A stretch of DNA of 10,952 bases from Cyanobacteriota bacterium (GCA_046045965.1 JBJOKS010000065.1:1-10952); one strand, 5' to 3'. Counted from the stretch's first letter, positions 1 to 7,367 are shown. Notes: generated from the sequence alone by a model not told the origin. Numbers and translations are program-made.

Positions 1-28
1 CCTCCTGCCTACTGCCTCCTGCCTACTG
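1..28. repeat. Heptamer tandem repeat (STRR-type), CCT(C/A)CTG x4, probably continuing left of the window
   Basis: cctcctg-cctactg-cctcctg-cctactg directly after the phoU stop codon; 7-bp tandem repeats are typical of Nostocales intergenic DNA. Confidence 0.85.
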
Positions 29-29
29 T

Positions 30-695
30 CTACCGTTGGCCTGTAACAATATATGCGACTCGTTGACCAATATTAGTAGCGTGATCTGCCATGCGTTCTA
101 AACATCGAATTGCTAATGTTAATAGTAGAATTGGCTCAATAATCCCTGGAACATCTCGCTGGTGTGCTAACATCTGATATAAATTGTCGTAAGCATTATC
201 TACAGTATCATCTAAAAATTTGATACGGCGACCACTGACTTCATCTAAATCTGCTAAAGCTACTAAGCTAGTTGCTAACATTGCTTGAGCATGGTCAGAC
301 ATCAGCGCAATTTCTGGTAAAAAAGGATGAGGCGGGTAAGGAAATATTTTAATGGCAATTTCCGCTAAATCCTTGGCATAATCTCCAATACGTTCTAAGT
401 CTCGTACCAACTGCATGAAAGCACTTAAGCAGCGTAATTCTTGAGCAGTAGGGGCTTGCAGTGTCATGATTGATGTGCAATCAGATTCTATCTGTCTATA
501 AAAGCGATCAATTTTCTTATCTAATCTAGGAAGTTCTTCAGCGGCTGTTAAATCGCGGGCAAATAACGCTTGGTGACTGAGACGAAATGATTGTTCTACT
601 AAAGCTCCCATACGCAATATATCGCGCTCTAAACGCCTAATGTTGCGTTCTGGTTCAGGTTTTTCAGAGTTAGGATTATGAAAAACAGCTTTCAC
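30..695 (-). CDS. phoU: Phosphate signalling regulator PhoU (SphU)
   Basis: Two PhoU repeats with 'DLERIGDYAKDLAE' and 'CLERMADHATNIGQRVAY' motifs, plus 'LQAPTAQELR'; third gene behind a response regulator and kinase. Confidence 0.96.
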   Translation of the reverse strand: MKAVFHNPNSEKPEPERNIRRLERDILRMGALVEQSFRLSHQALFARDLTAAEELPRLDKKIDRFYRQIESDCTSIMTLQAPTAQELRCLSAFMQLVRDLERIGDYAKDLAEIAIKIFPYPPHPFLPEIALMSDHAQAMLATSLVALADLDEVSGRRIKFLDDTVDNAYDNLYQMLAHQRDVPGIIEPILLLTLAIRCLERMADHATNIGQRVAYIVTGQR

Positions 696-723
696 ACTTT
701 TTATCTCAAAATTTTATATATTT

Positions 724-2055
724 TTAACTATAGTCTTGCATTGATGAGTTTGCCATGACTTCAGGTAGGTGAATTTGTATCCAAGCGCCACCTGTTTCGG
801 GATGGTTCATGGCCTTGATTGCTCCACCGTGGGCTATAATTATTTGACGGACGATGGACAAACCCAACCCACTACCAGTAATTGCTGTTGTTCCACTACC
901 ATGAGAAGGTGACTCATGATGTCTGGCTTTGTCTCCTCGGTAAAATCGCTCAAAGACGTGGGGTAAGTCCATAGGCGCAAAACCAAGACCGGAATCTATG
1001 ATATTAATTTCTAATAGTTGAGATTGGCGATCGCCTGTAGTAAATTCATTGACAGAGATCAGGTTAACTTCAATGTGAATACTGCTATGAGGAAGGCTGT
1101 ATTTAATACAGTTATCTAATAAATTGACAAATACCTGGTAAATTCGGGATTTATCAGCTTGGATGCTGATGTTTTCTGGACCAGAATAAGAAATATTCAG
1201 ATGTTGATGTTGCGCTAATGGTTCTAATGTTTCCCACACTGATGTAATGAGCGATCGCACTTCCACCGTTTCCAGATGTAAAAGCATGGTGGAATTGGTT
1301 TCCATTTGCGTCAGTTCTAACCAGCTTTGCACCAAATTAATCAGTCGATCAACTTCCTGCATTAACCGCTTCACCCAACGATCTAAGGGAGGATCTAAAC
1401 GTGCTTGGAGAGTTTCTGCTACCAGACGAATAGAAGTGAGGGGTGTTCTCAGTTCATGAGCGAGATCAGAAAAAGAGCGATCGCGCTCCTGGTTCATATC
1501 TAGCAATGGTTGACGATTTTCTAAGAATACACCCACCTGTCCTGCTGGTAAAGGCAAACCGGTAGCCTCTAAAGCCAAAGGTTTTAACTCCAACATAGCT
1601 TGAGCATGATCACGGGAAGGGTGAAAAATCCATTCTCGCACTTGGGGCTTTTGCCAATCACGAGTTTGTTCAATTAACTGATCAAGTTCATAGGACCTTA
1701 CTAGCTCTAACAATAAGCGCACCTGTCCTGGTTGCCACCTTTGCAAATGCAAAATTTCCCGCGCTTGCTGATTACACCATAATAGTTGATTTTCCTCATC
1801 TACTTGCAAATATCCCAACGGTGCCGAATCAAGCAATTGCTTGTAGGTTTGCAATGACATCTGCAAATCTTGCTGCTGCTGCTTCACCAGTGACATTTCC
1901 TGCCGTAAACTTGGCAGTAGAGGTAATGCTATTTTAGAGGAATGGGAGCTTACAGGCTGGAGTACCCGCTCCAAATAGCCGTTGAGTTGAACCTGTTGCC
2001 AAAGCCAGAAACCAAGGCCGACTGCCAAACCCAGAAGAAATCCCAATAAGAACAT
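724..2055 (-). CDS. sphS: Phosphate-sensing histidine kinase SphS (PhoR/Hik7-like)
   Basis: N-terminal hydrophobic segment, PAS-like region, H-box 'DLAHELRTPLTSI', N-box 'QVFVNLLDNCIKYS', G1 'DSGLG', F-box 'VFERFYRGDKAR', G2 'GSGLGLSIVRQII'; lies between sphR and phoU. Confidence 0.92.
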   Translation of the reverse strand: MFLLGFLLGLAVGLGFWLWQQVQLNGYLERVLQPVSSHSSKIALPLLPSLRQEMSLVKQQQQDLQMSLQTYKQLLDSAPLGYLQVDEENQLLWCNQQAREILHLQRWQPGQVRLLLELVRSYELDQLIEQTRDWQKPQVREWIFHPSRDHAQAMLELKPLALEATGLPLPAGQVGVFLENRQPLLDMNQERDRSFSDLAHELRTPLTSIRLVAETLQARLDPPLDRWVKRLMQEVDRLINLVQSWLELTQMETNSTMLLHLETVEVRSLITSVWETLEPLAQHQHLNISYSGPENISIQADKSRIYQVFVNLLDNCIKYSLPHSSIHIEVNLISVNEFTTGDRQSQLLEINIIDSGLGFAPMDLPHVFERFYRGDKARHHESPSHGSGTTAITGSGLGLSIVRQIIIAHGGAIKAMNHPETGGAWIQIHLPEVMANSSMQDYS

Positions 2056-2108
2056 TTGAGTCGTTAGTTGCTATATAGTTACTCAAAACTAACAACTATA
2101 TGCACCAG

Positions 2109-2861
2109 TTAACCAAATCTATAGCCAAAACCTCTCACAGTCACAATATACTCAGGATGGCTGGGGTCTTGCTCTAACTTTTCCCGCAACCAGCGGATAT
2201 GCACATCTACGGTTTTGCTATCACCCACAAAATCTGGACCCCAAACCTGATCTAGCAGTTGTTCTCGTGACCATACCCGACGAGCATAACTCATAAACAG
2301 TTCCAGTAAGCGGAATTCTTTTGGTGATAAATTTACCTCTTTTCCCCGCACCAACACCCGGCACTCTTGGGGATTTAAACTAATATCTTTATACTTAAGT
2401 ACGGGGATCAACGGCAAATTACTTAAACGTTGACGACGCAGTAAAGCGCGACACCTAGCCACCATTTCCCGCATACTAAATGGTTTAGTTAGGTAGTCAT
2501 CTGCTCCTACTTCCAAACCTAGCACCCTGTCAGTTTCACTACCTTTAGCACTGAGCATTAAAATCGGTACGGAGTTGCCTTGATGACGCAACAAACGGCA
2601 AATATCTAGTCCATTGATTTGTGGTAGCATCAAATCTAAAACTACCAAATCAAAAGACGATTCCCCTGAATTTGATTCGCAATTTTTCAGATATTCTACA
2701 GCAGAGCGGCCATCAGTAGCCGTGATGACCTCATAACCTTCCCCTTCCAAAGCCACAGATAGCATTTCCCGGATCAGTTCTTCGTCTTCCACTATGAGGA
2801 TGCGGCTAGTTTGTCCAATATCCGCTTTAGCAGAATATTTAGTTAATTCAGTGGTATACAT
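2109..2861 (-). CDS. sphR: OmpR/PhoB-family response regulator SphR
   Basis: Receiver domain (ILIVEDE, LDLMLP, LSAK, GADDYLTKPF) and winged-helix C-terminus (LSPKEFRLL, KTVDVHIRWLREKLE, TVRGFGYRFG). ATG at 2861 preferred; GTG at 2870 is an alternative start. Confidence 0.9.
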   Translation of the reverse strand: MYTTELTKYSAKADIGQTSRILIVEDEELIREMLSVALEGEGYEVITATDGRSAVEYLKNCESNSGESSFDLVVLDLMLPQINGLDICRLLRHQGNSVPILMLSAKGSETDRVLGLEVGADDYLTKPFSMREMVARCRALLRRQRLSNLPLIPVLKYKDISLNPQECRVLVRGKEVNLSPKEFRLLELFMSYARRVWSREQLLDQVWGPDFVGDSKTVDVHIRWLREKLEQDPSHPEYIVTVRGFGYRFG

Positions 2862-2973
2862 TGATAGCACAAGGTTTTCAGATTGTACTTATATTGATAA
2901 GTCCTTAACTGCCCATCATCCACATTGATTTCAGAGGATCTATGAGGCTCATTGTATTGAATTTGACAATTCA

Positions 2974-3002
2974 ATTATATTATAAATCACATTTCCTCCC
3001 AA
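2974..3002 (-). promoter_or_regulatory. Candidate sigma70 promoter for sphR-sphS-phoU
   Basis: Minus strand reads TTGGGA (3002-2997), 17-bp spacer, TATAAT (2979-2974); about 110 bp upstream of the sphR ATG. Confidence 0.4.
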
Positions 3003-3069
3003 TGGACAAGTATTTTTGGTGACTTTGGATATTTTTTGGATATTTATTTTGGATAAATGAGATTCTTTC

Positions 3070-3098
3070 TTGACAATCACACACTGATTTTGTATAAT
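3070..3098 (+). promoter_or_regulatory. Perfect-consensus sigma70 promoter for the coiled-coil gene pair
   Basis: TTGACA (3070-3075), 17-bp spacer, TATAAT (3093-3098); predicted TSS near 3105, about 190 nt before the ATG at 3294. Confidence 0.8.
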
Positions 3099-3118
3099 TT
3101 TAGTACATATTTACTAAA
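3099..3118. promoter_or_regulatory. Palindromic operator overlapping the predicted +1, LexA-box-like
   Basis: TTTAGTA-CATATT-TACTAAA inverted repeat; core AGTAC-ATAT-TTACT is one mismatch from the cyanobacterial LexA consensus RGTAC-NNN-DGTWCB. Confidence 0.5.
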
Positions 3119-3293
3119 TACTGTGATGTACAGATCAAATTTAACCTCAAACACTCTTGAGTGCAAGCTTAAAGTCCATCAACCTTTTTAAGTATTTATA
3201 CTGAGTTTTCGTGCAGGTTTACAGGCTAACTTATGTCTGCATAGAGTATGTCTTCTGACCCATTTAATACCACTTTTACGAGGAATTGAAATT

Positions 3294-4277
3294 ATGACTA
3301 CAGGTGCAATTAAAGACAGTAAACAACAACTCGTGCAAGCTTTTCAAAAAATTCGCGCAGAAAGGAAAACACTAGAATCAAAAATAGCCACTAAACAAGA
3401 GGAAGCAGAAAAAGCCAAAAACCAGGAAATTCTAGCCGCTGCTTCTACCTACACCGTTGATAGTATTGTGAAAGGTTTGGCAGATTTACAGTTAGAATTT
3501 GGTAGCATTGTTAATCAACTGTCAGAAAAATTAGCTCAAGAGAATTCTAAATTAGATCAACTAAACCAAGCAATAGAAATTGAAACCCAAAGGTTACAAG
3601 AACTTCAGCAAATTAGAATTGTAGCAGATACCATAGATATTATTACTCAAGAACATCAAGAAAAATTGAGGATTTTAGAACAAGATACTGCTAATACAAA
3701 AGAAACTCTAGAAAAAGAAATTTCTCTAGTACGTAAAGAATGGCAAAAGGAGCAGGTTGATTTTGAAGAAAAGCTGCAAATTTATAACGATTTATTGGCT
3801 AAAGAACGTCAACAGGAACAGGAAGAATATCAATATAAATTAGAAACTACTCGCAAACTGAATACAGACGCATATCAAGCAAAAAAACGTAAATTAGAAC
3901 TAGATATCCAAGAAAATACCCAACAAAAAAATAAAGACTGGGCAGAACGAGAAAAAAATATTGCTGAAAGACAGCCTCTACTGACAGAATATCAACAGAA
4001 GGTGACTGCATTCCCTACTGAACTGGAAGAAGCTGTTAAAAAAGCTAGGGAAGATGCAATTAAAGAAACTAGCCAAAAAGCGAAGGTTGAAGCTGATTTA
4101 TTTGACAAAGAATGGGAATCTACTAAACAAAGTTATGAAGCTAAAATTCAATCTTTGGAAGAAACAATTCAGAAACAACTAGAGCAAATTGAAGGTCTTT
4201 CTGCTCAACTACAAACCGTACTCAAACAAGCACAAGATTTGGCAATGAGAGCTTTTGATAGTGCTAATAATAAATAA
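3294..4277 (+). CDS. zicK: Coiled-coil-rich filament-forming protein, probable ZicK (Alr4504) orthologue
   Basis: 327 aa, E/K/Q/L-rich and helical, GAGGA RBS near 3280; paralogous to the next gene. Position divergent from sphR-sphS-phoU matches my recollection of all4501-4503/alr4504-4505 in Anabaena PCC 7120; not verified by alignment. Confidence 0.7.
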   Translation: MTTGAIKDSKQQLVQAFQKIRAERKTLESKIATKQEEAEKAKNQEILAAASTYTVDSIVKGLADLQLEFGSIVNQLSEKLAQENSKLDQLNQAIEIETQRLQELQQIRIVADTIDIITQEHQEKLRILEQDTANTKETLEKEISLVRKEWQKEQVDFEEKLQIYNDLLAKERQQEQEEYQYKLETTRKLNTDAYQAKKRKLELDIQENTQQKNKDWAEREKNIAERQPLLTEYQQKVTAFPTELEEAVKKAREDAIKETSQKAKVEADLFDKEWESTKQSYEAKIQSLEETIQKQLEQIEGLSAQLQTVLKQAQDLAMRAFDSANNK

Positions 4278-4305
4278 TGCTTGAAAATTGAATTCGCATA
4301 ATTTT

Positions 4306-4330
4306 GGCGGGCAAGATGCCCACCCCACAA
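4306..4330. repeat. GC-rich REP-like/short dispersed repeat hairpin
   Basis: GGCGGGCA-AGA-TGCCCACC-CCACAA: stem GGGCA/TGCCC in an otherwise AT-rich spacer; resembles recurrent cyanobacterial palindromic repeats. Confidence 0.6.
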
Positions 4331-4382
4331 GACAATTAAATGAATTGTAGTGTAAATTTTTGAAATTTGTTAGAGGTTTGTT

Positions 4383-5486
4383 ATGGCAGCAAAAAAACCC
4401 AATGAGAAAAACACTAAAGCCGAAATTCTCCAAGCTTATGAAGAGTTAGCGAAAGAACAAGCTGTACTAAAATCAGAACTTGAACAAGCACAAAAAGAAG
4501 TTCCATCTGTACCGAAAGAAAAACCCAAAACAGAACCTAAAACAGAACCTAAAACAGAACCTAAAACAGCTATGACTCAACCTACAAGTATTCAGCAAAA
4601 GATGAATAATACTATTGACAGCTTAGTTAAAATTCAGCTAGGCTTTGGTAGTGCAGCAAATGAATTATCAGAACAACTCAGTACAAAAGCTGCTAAGTTG
4701 GCAGAAATTGGTGAATCTGTAACTAATGAAATTCAACAATTAGCTCAATTGCATAATTTAGAGATATCTGAAAATATTTTAGATACTCTGATTCAAACTT
4801 ATGATGATAATGCCAAGGCTTATCAGGAAGAGTATAACGAACGCTATGAAGTCTTATCTCAAGAATTATTAGAATTGAGGAATGCTTGGACAAAAGGACA
4901 GGAAGAATATCAACGGACAATTAAAGAACGCAATGATAATCTTAATAGAACTCGTCAACGGGATGCGGCTGAATATAAATATGATTTAGAACTGCAACGG
5001 AAATTAGCCAGTGATGAATATGCACAACAGGAGAAGTTATTATATGAAGAACTGCAAGAACTGCAACAAGAAACAGAAAAACAATGGGCAGAAAGAGAAA
5101 AAGCAATTGCTGAACGGGAAAAACAATTTGAAGAATTGAAAACTAAGGTAGAAGCTTTCCCGAAAGAGAAAGAAGCAGCAATTAAAAAAGCGACGGAAGA
5201 AGGTAAAGGTATTGCAACTTACCAAGCTAAAGTGAAATCAGATTTATATGCTAAAGAAGTGGAAGGACAAAAGCGTTTTTATGAACAAAAATTACAATCT
5301 TTAGAACAAACTATTATTAATCAAGAAACGCGACTACAAAACCTCTCTAAACAATTAGAATCTGCATTAAAACAAGTTCAAGATTTGGCTGTTAAAGCAA
5401 TTGAAGGAACTGCAAATCTCAATTCCTATCAAGCTATGAAAGAAATAGCTTTAGAACAGGCTAAAAGTCAGGTAAAAAATAAATAA
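4383..5486 (+). CDS. zacK: Coiled-coil-rich filament-forming protein, probable ZacK (Alr4505) orthologue
   Basis: 367 aa, AGAGG RBS at 4372; shares blocks with the upstream gene (IQLGFGSAANELSEQL vs LQLEFGSIVNQLSEKL; WAEREKAIAER vs WAEREKNIAER; KQVQDLAVKA vs KQAQDLAMRA); has a proline-rich N-terminal linker. Confidence 0.7.
   Translation: MAAKKPNEKNTKAEILQAYEELAKEQAVLKSELEQAQKEVPSVPKEKPKTEPKTEPKTEPKTAMTQPTSIQQKMNNTIDSLVKIQLGFGSAANELSEQLSTKAAKLAEIGESVTNEIQQLAQLHNLEISENILDTLIQTYDDNAKAYQEEYNERYEVLSQELLELRNAWTKGQEEYQRTIKERNDNLNRTRQRDAAEYKYDLELQRKLASDEYAQQEKLLYEELQELQQETEKQWAEREKAIAEREKQFEELKTKVEAFPKEKEAAIKKATEEGKGIATYQAKVKSDLYAKEVEGQKRFYEQKLQSLEQTIINQETRLQNLSKQLESALKQVQDLAVKAIEGTANLNSYQAMKEIALEQAKSQVKNK
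4521..4569 (+). repeat. In-frame 12-bp tandem repeat encoding (E/K)PKT x4
   Basis: AAAACAGAACCT x3 plus partial copies; protein reads KPKTEPKTEPKTEPKT. Confidence 0.9.
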
Positions 5487-5541
<55 letters not shown>

Positions 5542-5592
5542 AGTACAAATTTCATGTTTACTACTAAACTCCTGTCATCATCCTGTATTGAT

Positions 5593-5709
5593 TTATTCTG
5601 TTTTCGGTTTTCCTAGTCCTTTCGGTGGTTGTGGTCTTTTGCTTTTGTTTGTGTTGTTTGTTTGCGCTTTTTGGTTATTTTGATTGGAATTTGCTTTTTG
5701 GTCAGACAT
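5593..5709 (-). CDS. Putative 38-aa small basic, hydrophilic protein (MSDQKANSNQNNQKAQTNNTNKSKRPQPPKGLGKPKTE)
   Basis: ATG at 5709 to TAA at 5595-5593, read by hand; co-directional with hisA; accounts for the strong T/G skew of the plus strand here. Confidence 0.6.
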   Translation of the reverse strand: MSDQKANSNQNNQKAQTNNTNKSKRPQPPKGLGKPKTE

Positions 5710-5804
5710 TAGATTTATCTGTACAATTAGTGTGTGACGATTTTATCTACACTAGGAAGATAAATCATTCCAGAAAACTATGGTGTATCACTAATGTCAC
5801 TAAT

Positions 5805-6578
5805 TTAAGCGAAGTTAGAAAAATCAAGATTGGGTGGAATATCTTGAATGCGTCCAGGTCCTATTGCTCGCAATGCTTCTGTTAGCAGAATATCCCCAGT
5901 ATACAAGGCTTTACCAACTATTACACCTGTTACACCTTGGGGTTCTAAGGATAATAAACTTAACAAATCGGTGACAGAACTGACACCACCAGAAGCGATA
6001 ACAGGTATAGAAATTGCAGCAGCAAGTTCTCGTAATGCGTCTAAATTGGGTCCTTGTAGTGTACCATCACGGTTGATATCGGTGTAAATGATGGCTGCTG
6101 CACCTAATTCTTGCATTTGGGTAGCGAGTTGGGTAGCTAAAACTGCTGAGGTTTCTAACCAACCGCGTGTAGCAACTAAACCGTTACGAGCATCTATGCC
6201 AACTATAATCTGTTGGGGAAATTCCTGACAAAGTTCTTGGACTAGTTGGGGTTGTTCGACAGCGACAGTTCCGAGAATTGCCCAATTTATACCCAGATTA
6301 AATAATTGTTGCACACTGGAGCGATCACGTAAACCTCCACCAACTTCAATGGGTACTGAAACAACATTACTAATGGCTTCAATTGCTGATAAATTAACTA
6401 TTTTACCAGCTTTTGCGCCATCTAAATCAACTAAATGTAATCTTGTCGCTCCTTGCTCTGCCCACATTTTCGCAACTTCAACGGGATTTTCGTTGTATAC
6501 TTGCGATTGTGCGTAGTCTCCTTTATATAGTCGTACACAACGACCTTCTAATAAATCAATTGCTGGTATTACTTCCAT
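5805..6578 (-). CDS. hisA: ProFAR isomerase HisA (histidine biosynthesis)
   Basis: [67 protein letters not shown]. True start is the ATG at 6578; the ORF-track extension to 6662 is translated repeat. Confidence 0.97.
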   Translation of the reverse strand: MEVIPAIDLLEGRCVRLYKGDYAQSQVYNENPVEVAKMWAEQGATRLHLVDLDGAKAGKIVNLSAIEAISNVVSVPIEVGGGLRDRSSVQQLFNLGINWAILGTVAVEQPQLVQELCQEFPQQIIVGIDARNGLVATRGWLETSAVLATQLATQMQELGAAAIIYTDINRDGTLQGPNLDALRELAAAISIPVIASGGVSSVTDLLSLLSLEPQGVTGVIVGKALYTGDILLTEALRAIGPGRIQDIPPNLDFSNFA

Positions 6579-6684
6579 AATTGGTAATTGGTAATTGGGA
6601 AAGAAGGGAACAGGGAACAGGGAACAGGGAACAGGGAACAGGGAACAGGGAACAGAAGGCAAGAGGCAAAAGGCAAAAGGCAGG
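6578..6684. repeat. Composite heptamer array: TAATTGG x3, AGGGAAC x7, AGGCAAA-like x4
   Basis: TAATTGG at 6578-6598, AGGGAAC at 6605-6653, AGGCA(AG/AA/AA/GG) at 6657-6684. Confidence 0.92.
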
Positions 6685-6710
6685 AGTAATATATTATTCT
6701 CCCCATCTCC

Positions 6711-7004
6711 CTATTCCTTATCCCGTAATTCCTGGACTGCTTGACGAAAACCTAATACTAAGAGGATATTAGAAAGGGTTAAAAAGACTTCTGCACCACC
6801 ATGTAACCAGTCTATATTGGCTAATTGTTCTCCATAATGCACTTTGGCATAAATTCCGGCGGGGATGGTAACACCGACAAATACCAATGTGCCGTAAAAT
6901 CCATATAGGGCTAAACGTGGCATTTGTGGACTGCGGCTGATGAACCACAAGAAACCCAAATAGGGAAACAGAGAAAGGGCAAATAGGGTTTCTTTTGATA
7001 TCAT
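6711..7004 (-). CDS. Small membrane protein, DUF3593 family
   Basis: 97 aa with about 3 hydrophobic helices; 'LFALSLFPYLGFL' and 'LANIDWLHGGAEVFLTLSN' motifs; ATGA overlap with the upstream ycf49 stop. Confidence 0.85.
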   Translation of the reverse strand: MISKETLFALSLFPYLGFLWFISRSPQMPRLALYGFYGTLVFVGVTIPAGIYAKVHYGEQLANIDWLHGGAEVFLTLSNILLVLGFRQAVQELRDKE

Positions 7005-7336
7005 GGCTCTGATTTGATAGTTTTTGCCTCAACGATGGTTGCAGACTTGGTGGAACGCCAAATCCACACTGCTGCCGCCCAAAGGGTAAAATTACCCAAT
7101 AATGTCATGGTAGCTTGGAGAGTGACTAACCATTCTAGAGATTCGGCGTTGTCGAAATAATGCCAGGTGCAAGCACACATTGCACTGATTAAAGCTGGTA
7201 ACATGGCAAAGGATAATCCCCACCAACTAGGGTTTTTTGTCAGTTCACCGTATCTCCAGATTAACCAAATAGCGGCTATCCATTCAATGACACTAGAAAC
7301 ATGAATTATCCAGGTGGGAATTGAAAGAGCGTGCAT
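7001..7336 (-). CDS. ycf49: Ycf49-like membrane protein (DUF2499)
   Basis: 'MHALSIPTWIIHVSSVIEW' and 'AMCACTWHYFDN' motifs; usually paired with DUF3593. Confidence 0.88.
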   Translation of the reverse strand: MHALSIPTWIIHVSSVIEWIAAIWLIWRYGELTKNPSWWGLSFAMLPALISAMCACTWHYFDNAESLEWLVTLQATMTLLGNFTLWAAAVWIWRSTKSATIVEAKTIKSEP

Positions 7337-7367
7337 AATAGTCAGTTGTCAGTTTAAAAAAATTGGT

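Noticed and set aside
2963..2991. Second plus-strand TTGACA as a promoter
   Set aside because: No -10 element at 16-18 bp spacing.
3091..3114. Possible NtcA site
   Set aside because: GTA-to-TAC spacings here are 9 and 6 bp, not the required 8.
3140..3186. Possible SphR Pho box (TTTAACCT, CTTAAAGT, ATCAACCT)
   Set aside because: The half-sites lack the 11-bp tandem periodicity of true Pho boxes.
3126..3191. 21-codon uORF (MYRSNLTSNTLECKLKVHQPF) in the putative leader
   Set aside because: No RBS and no telling composition; an ORF this short is expected by chance.
5625..5885. 86-aa plus-strand ORF rich in Cys/Phe
   Set aside because: It is antisense to the 38-aa small ORF and the hisA 3' end; its composition is a shadow of A-rich codons on the other strand, and it has no RBS.
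6579..6772. hisA N-terminal extension (PCSLFPV repeats) and the 63-aa plus-strand ORF (REQGTGN repeats)
   Set aside because: Both are translations of the heptamer arrays; HisA homologues begin at MEVIPAID.
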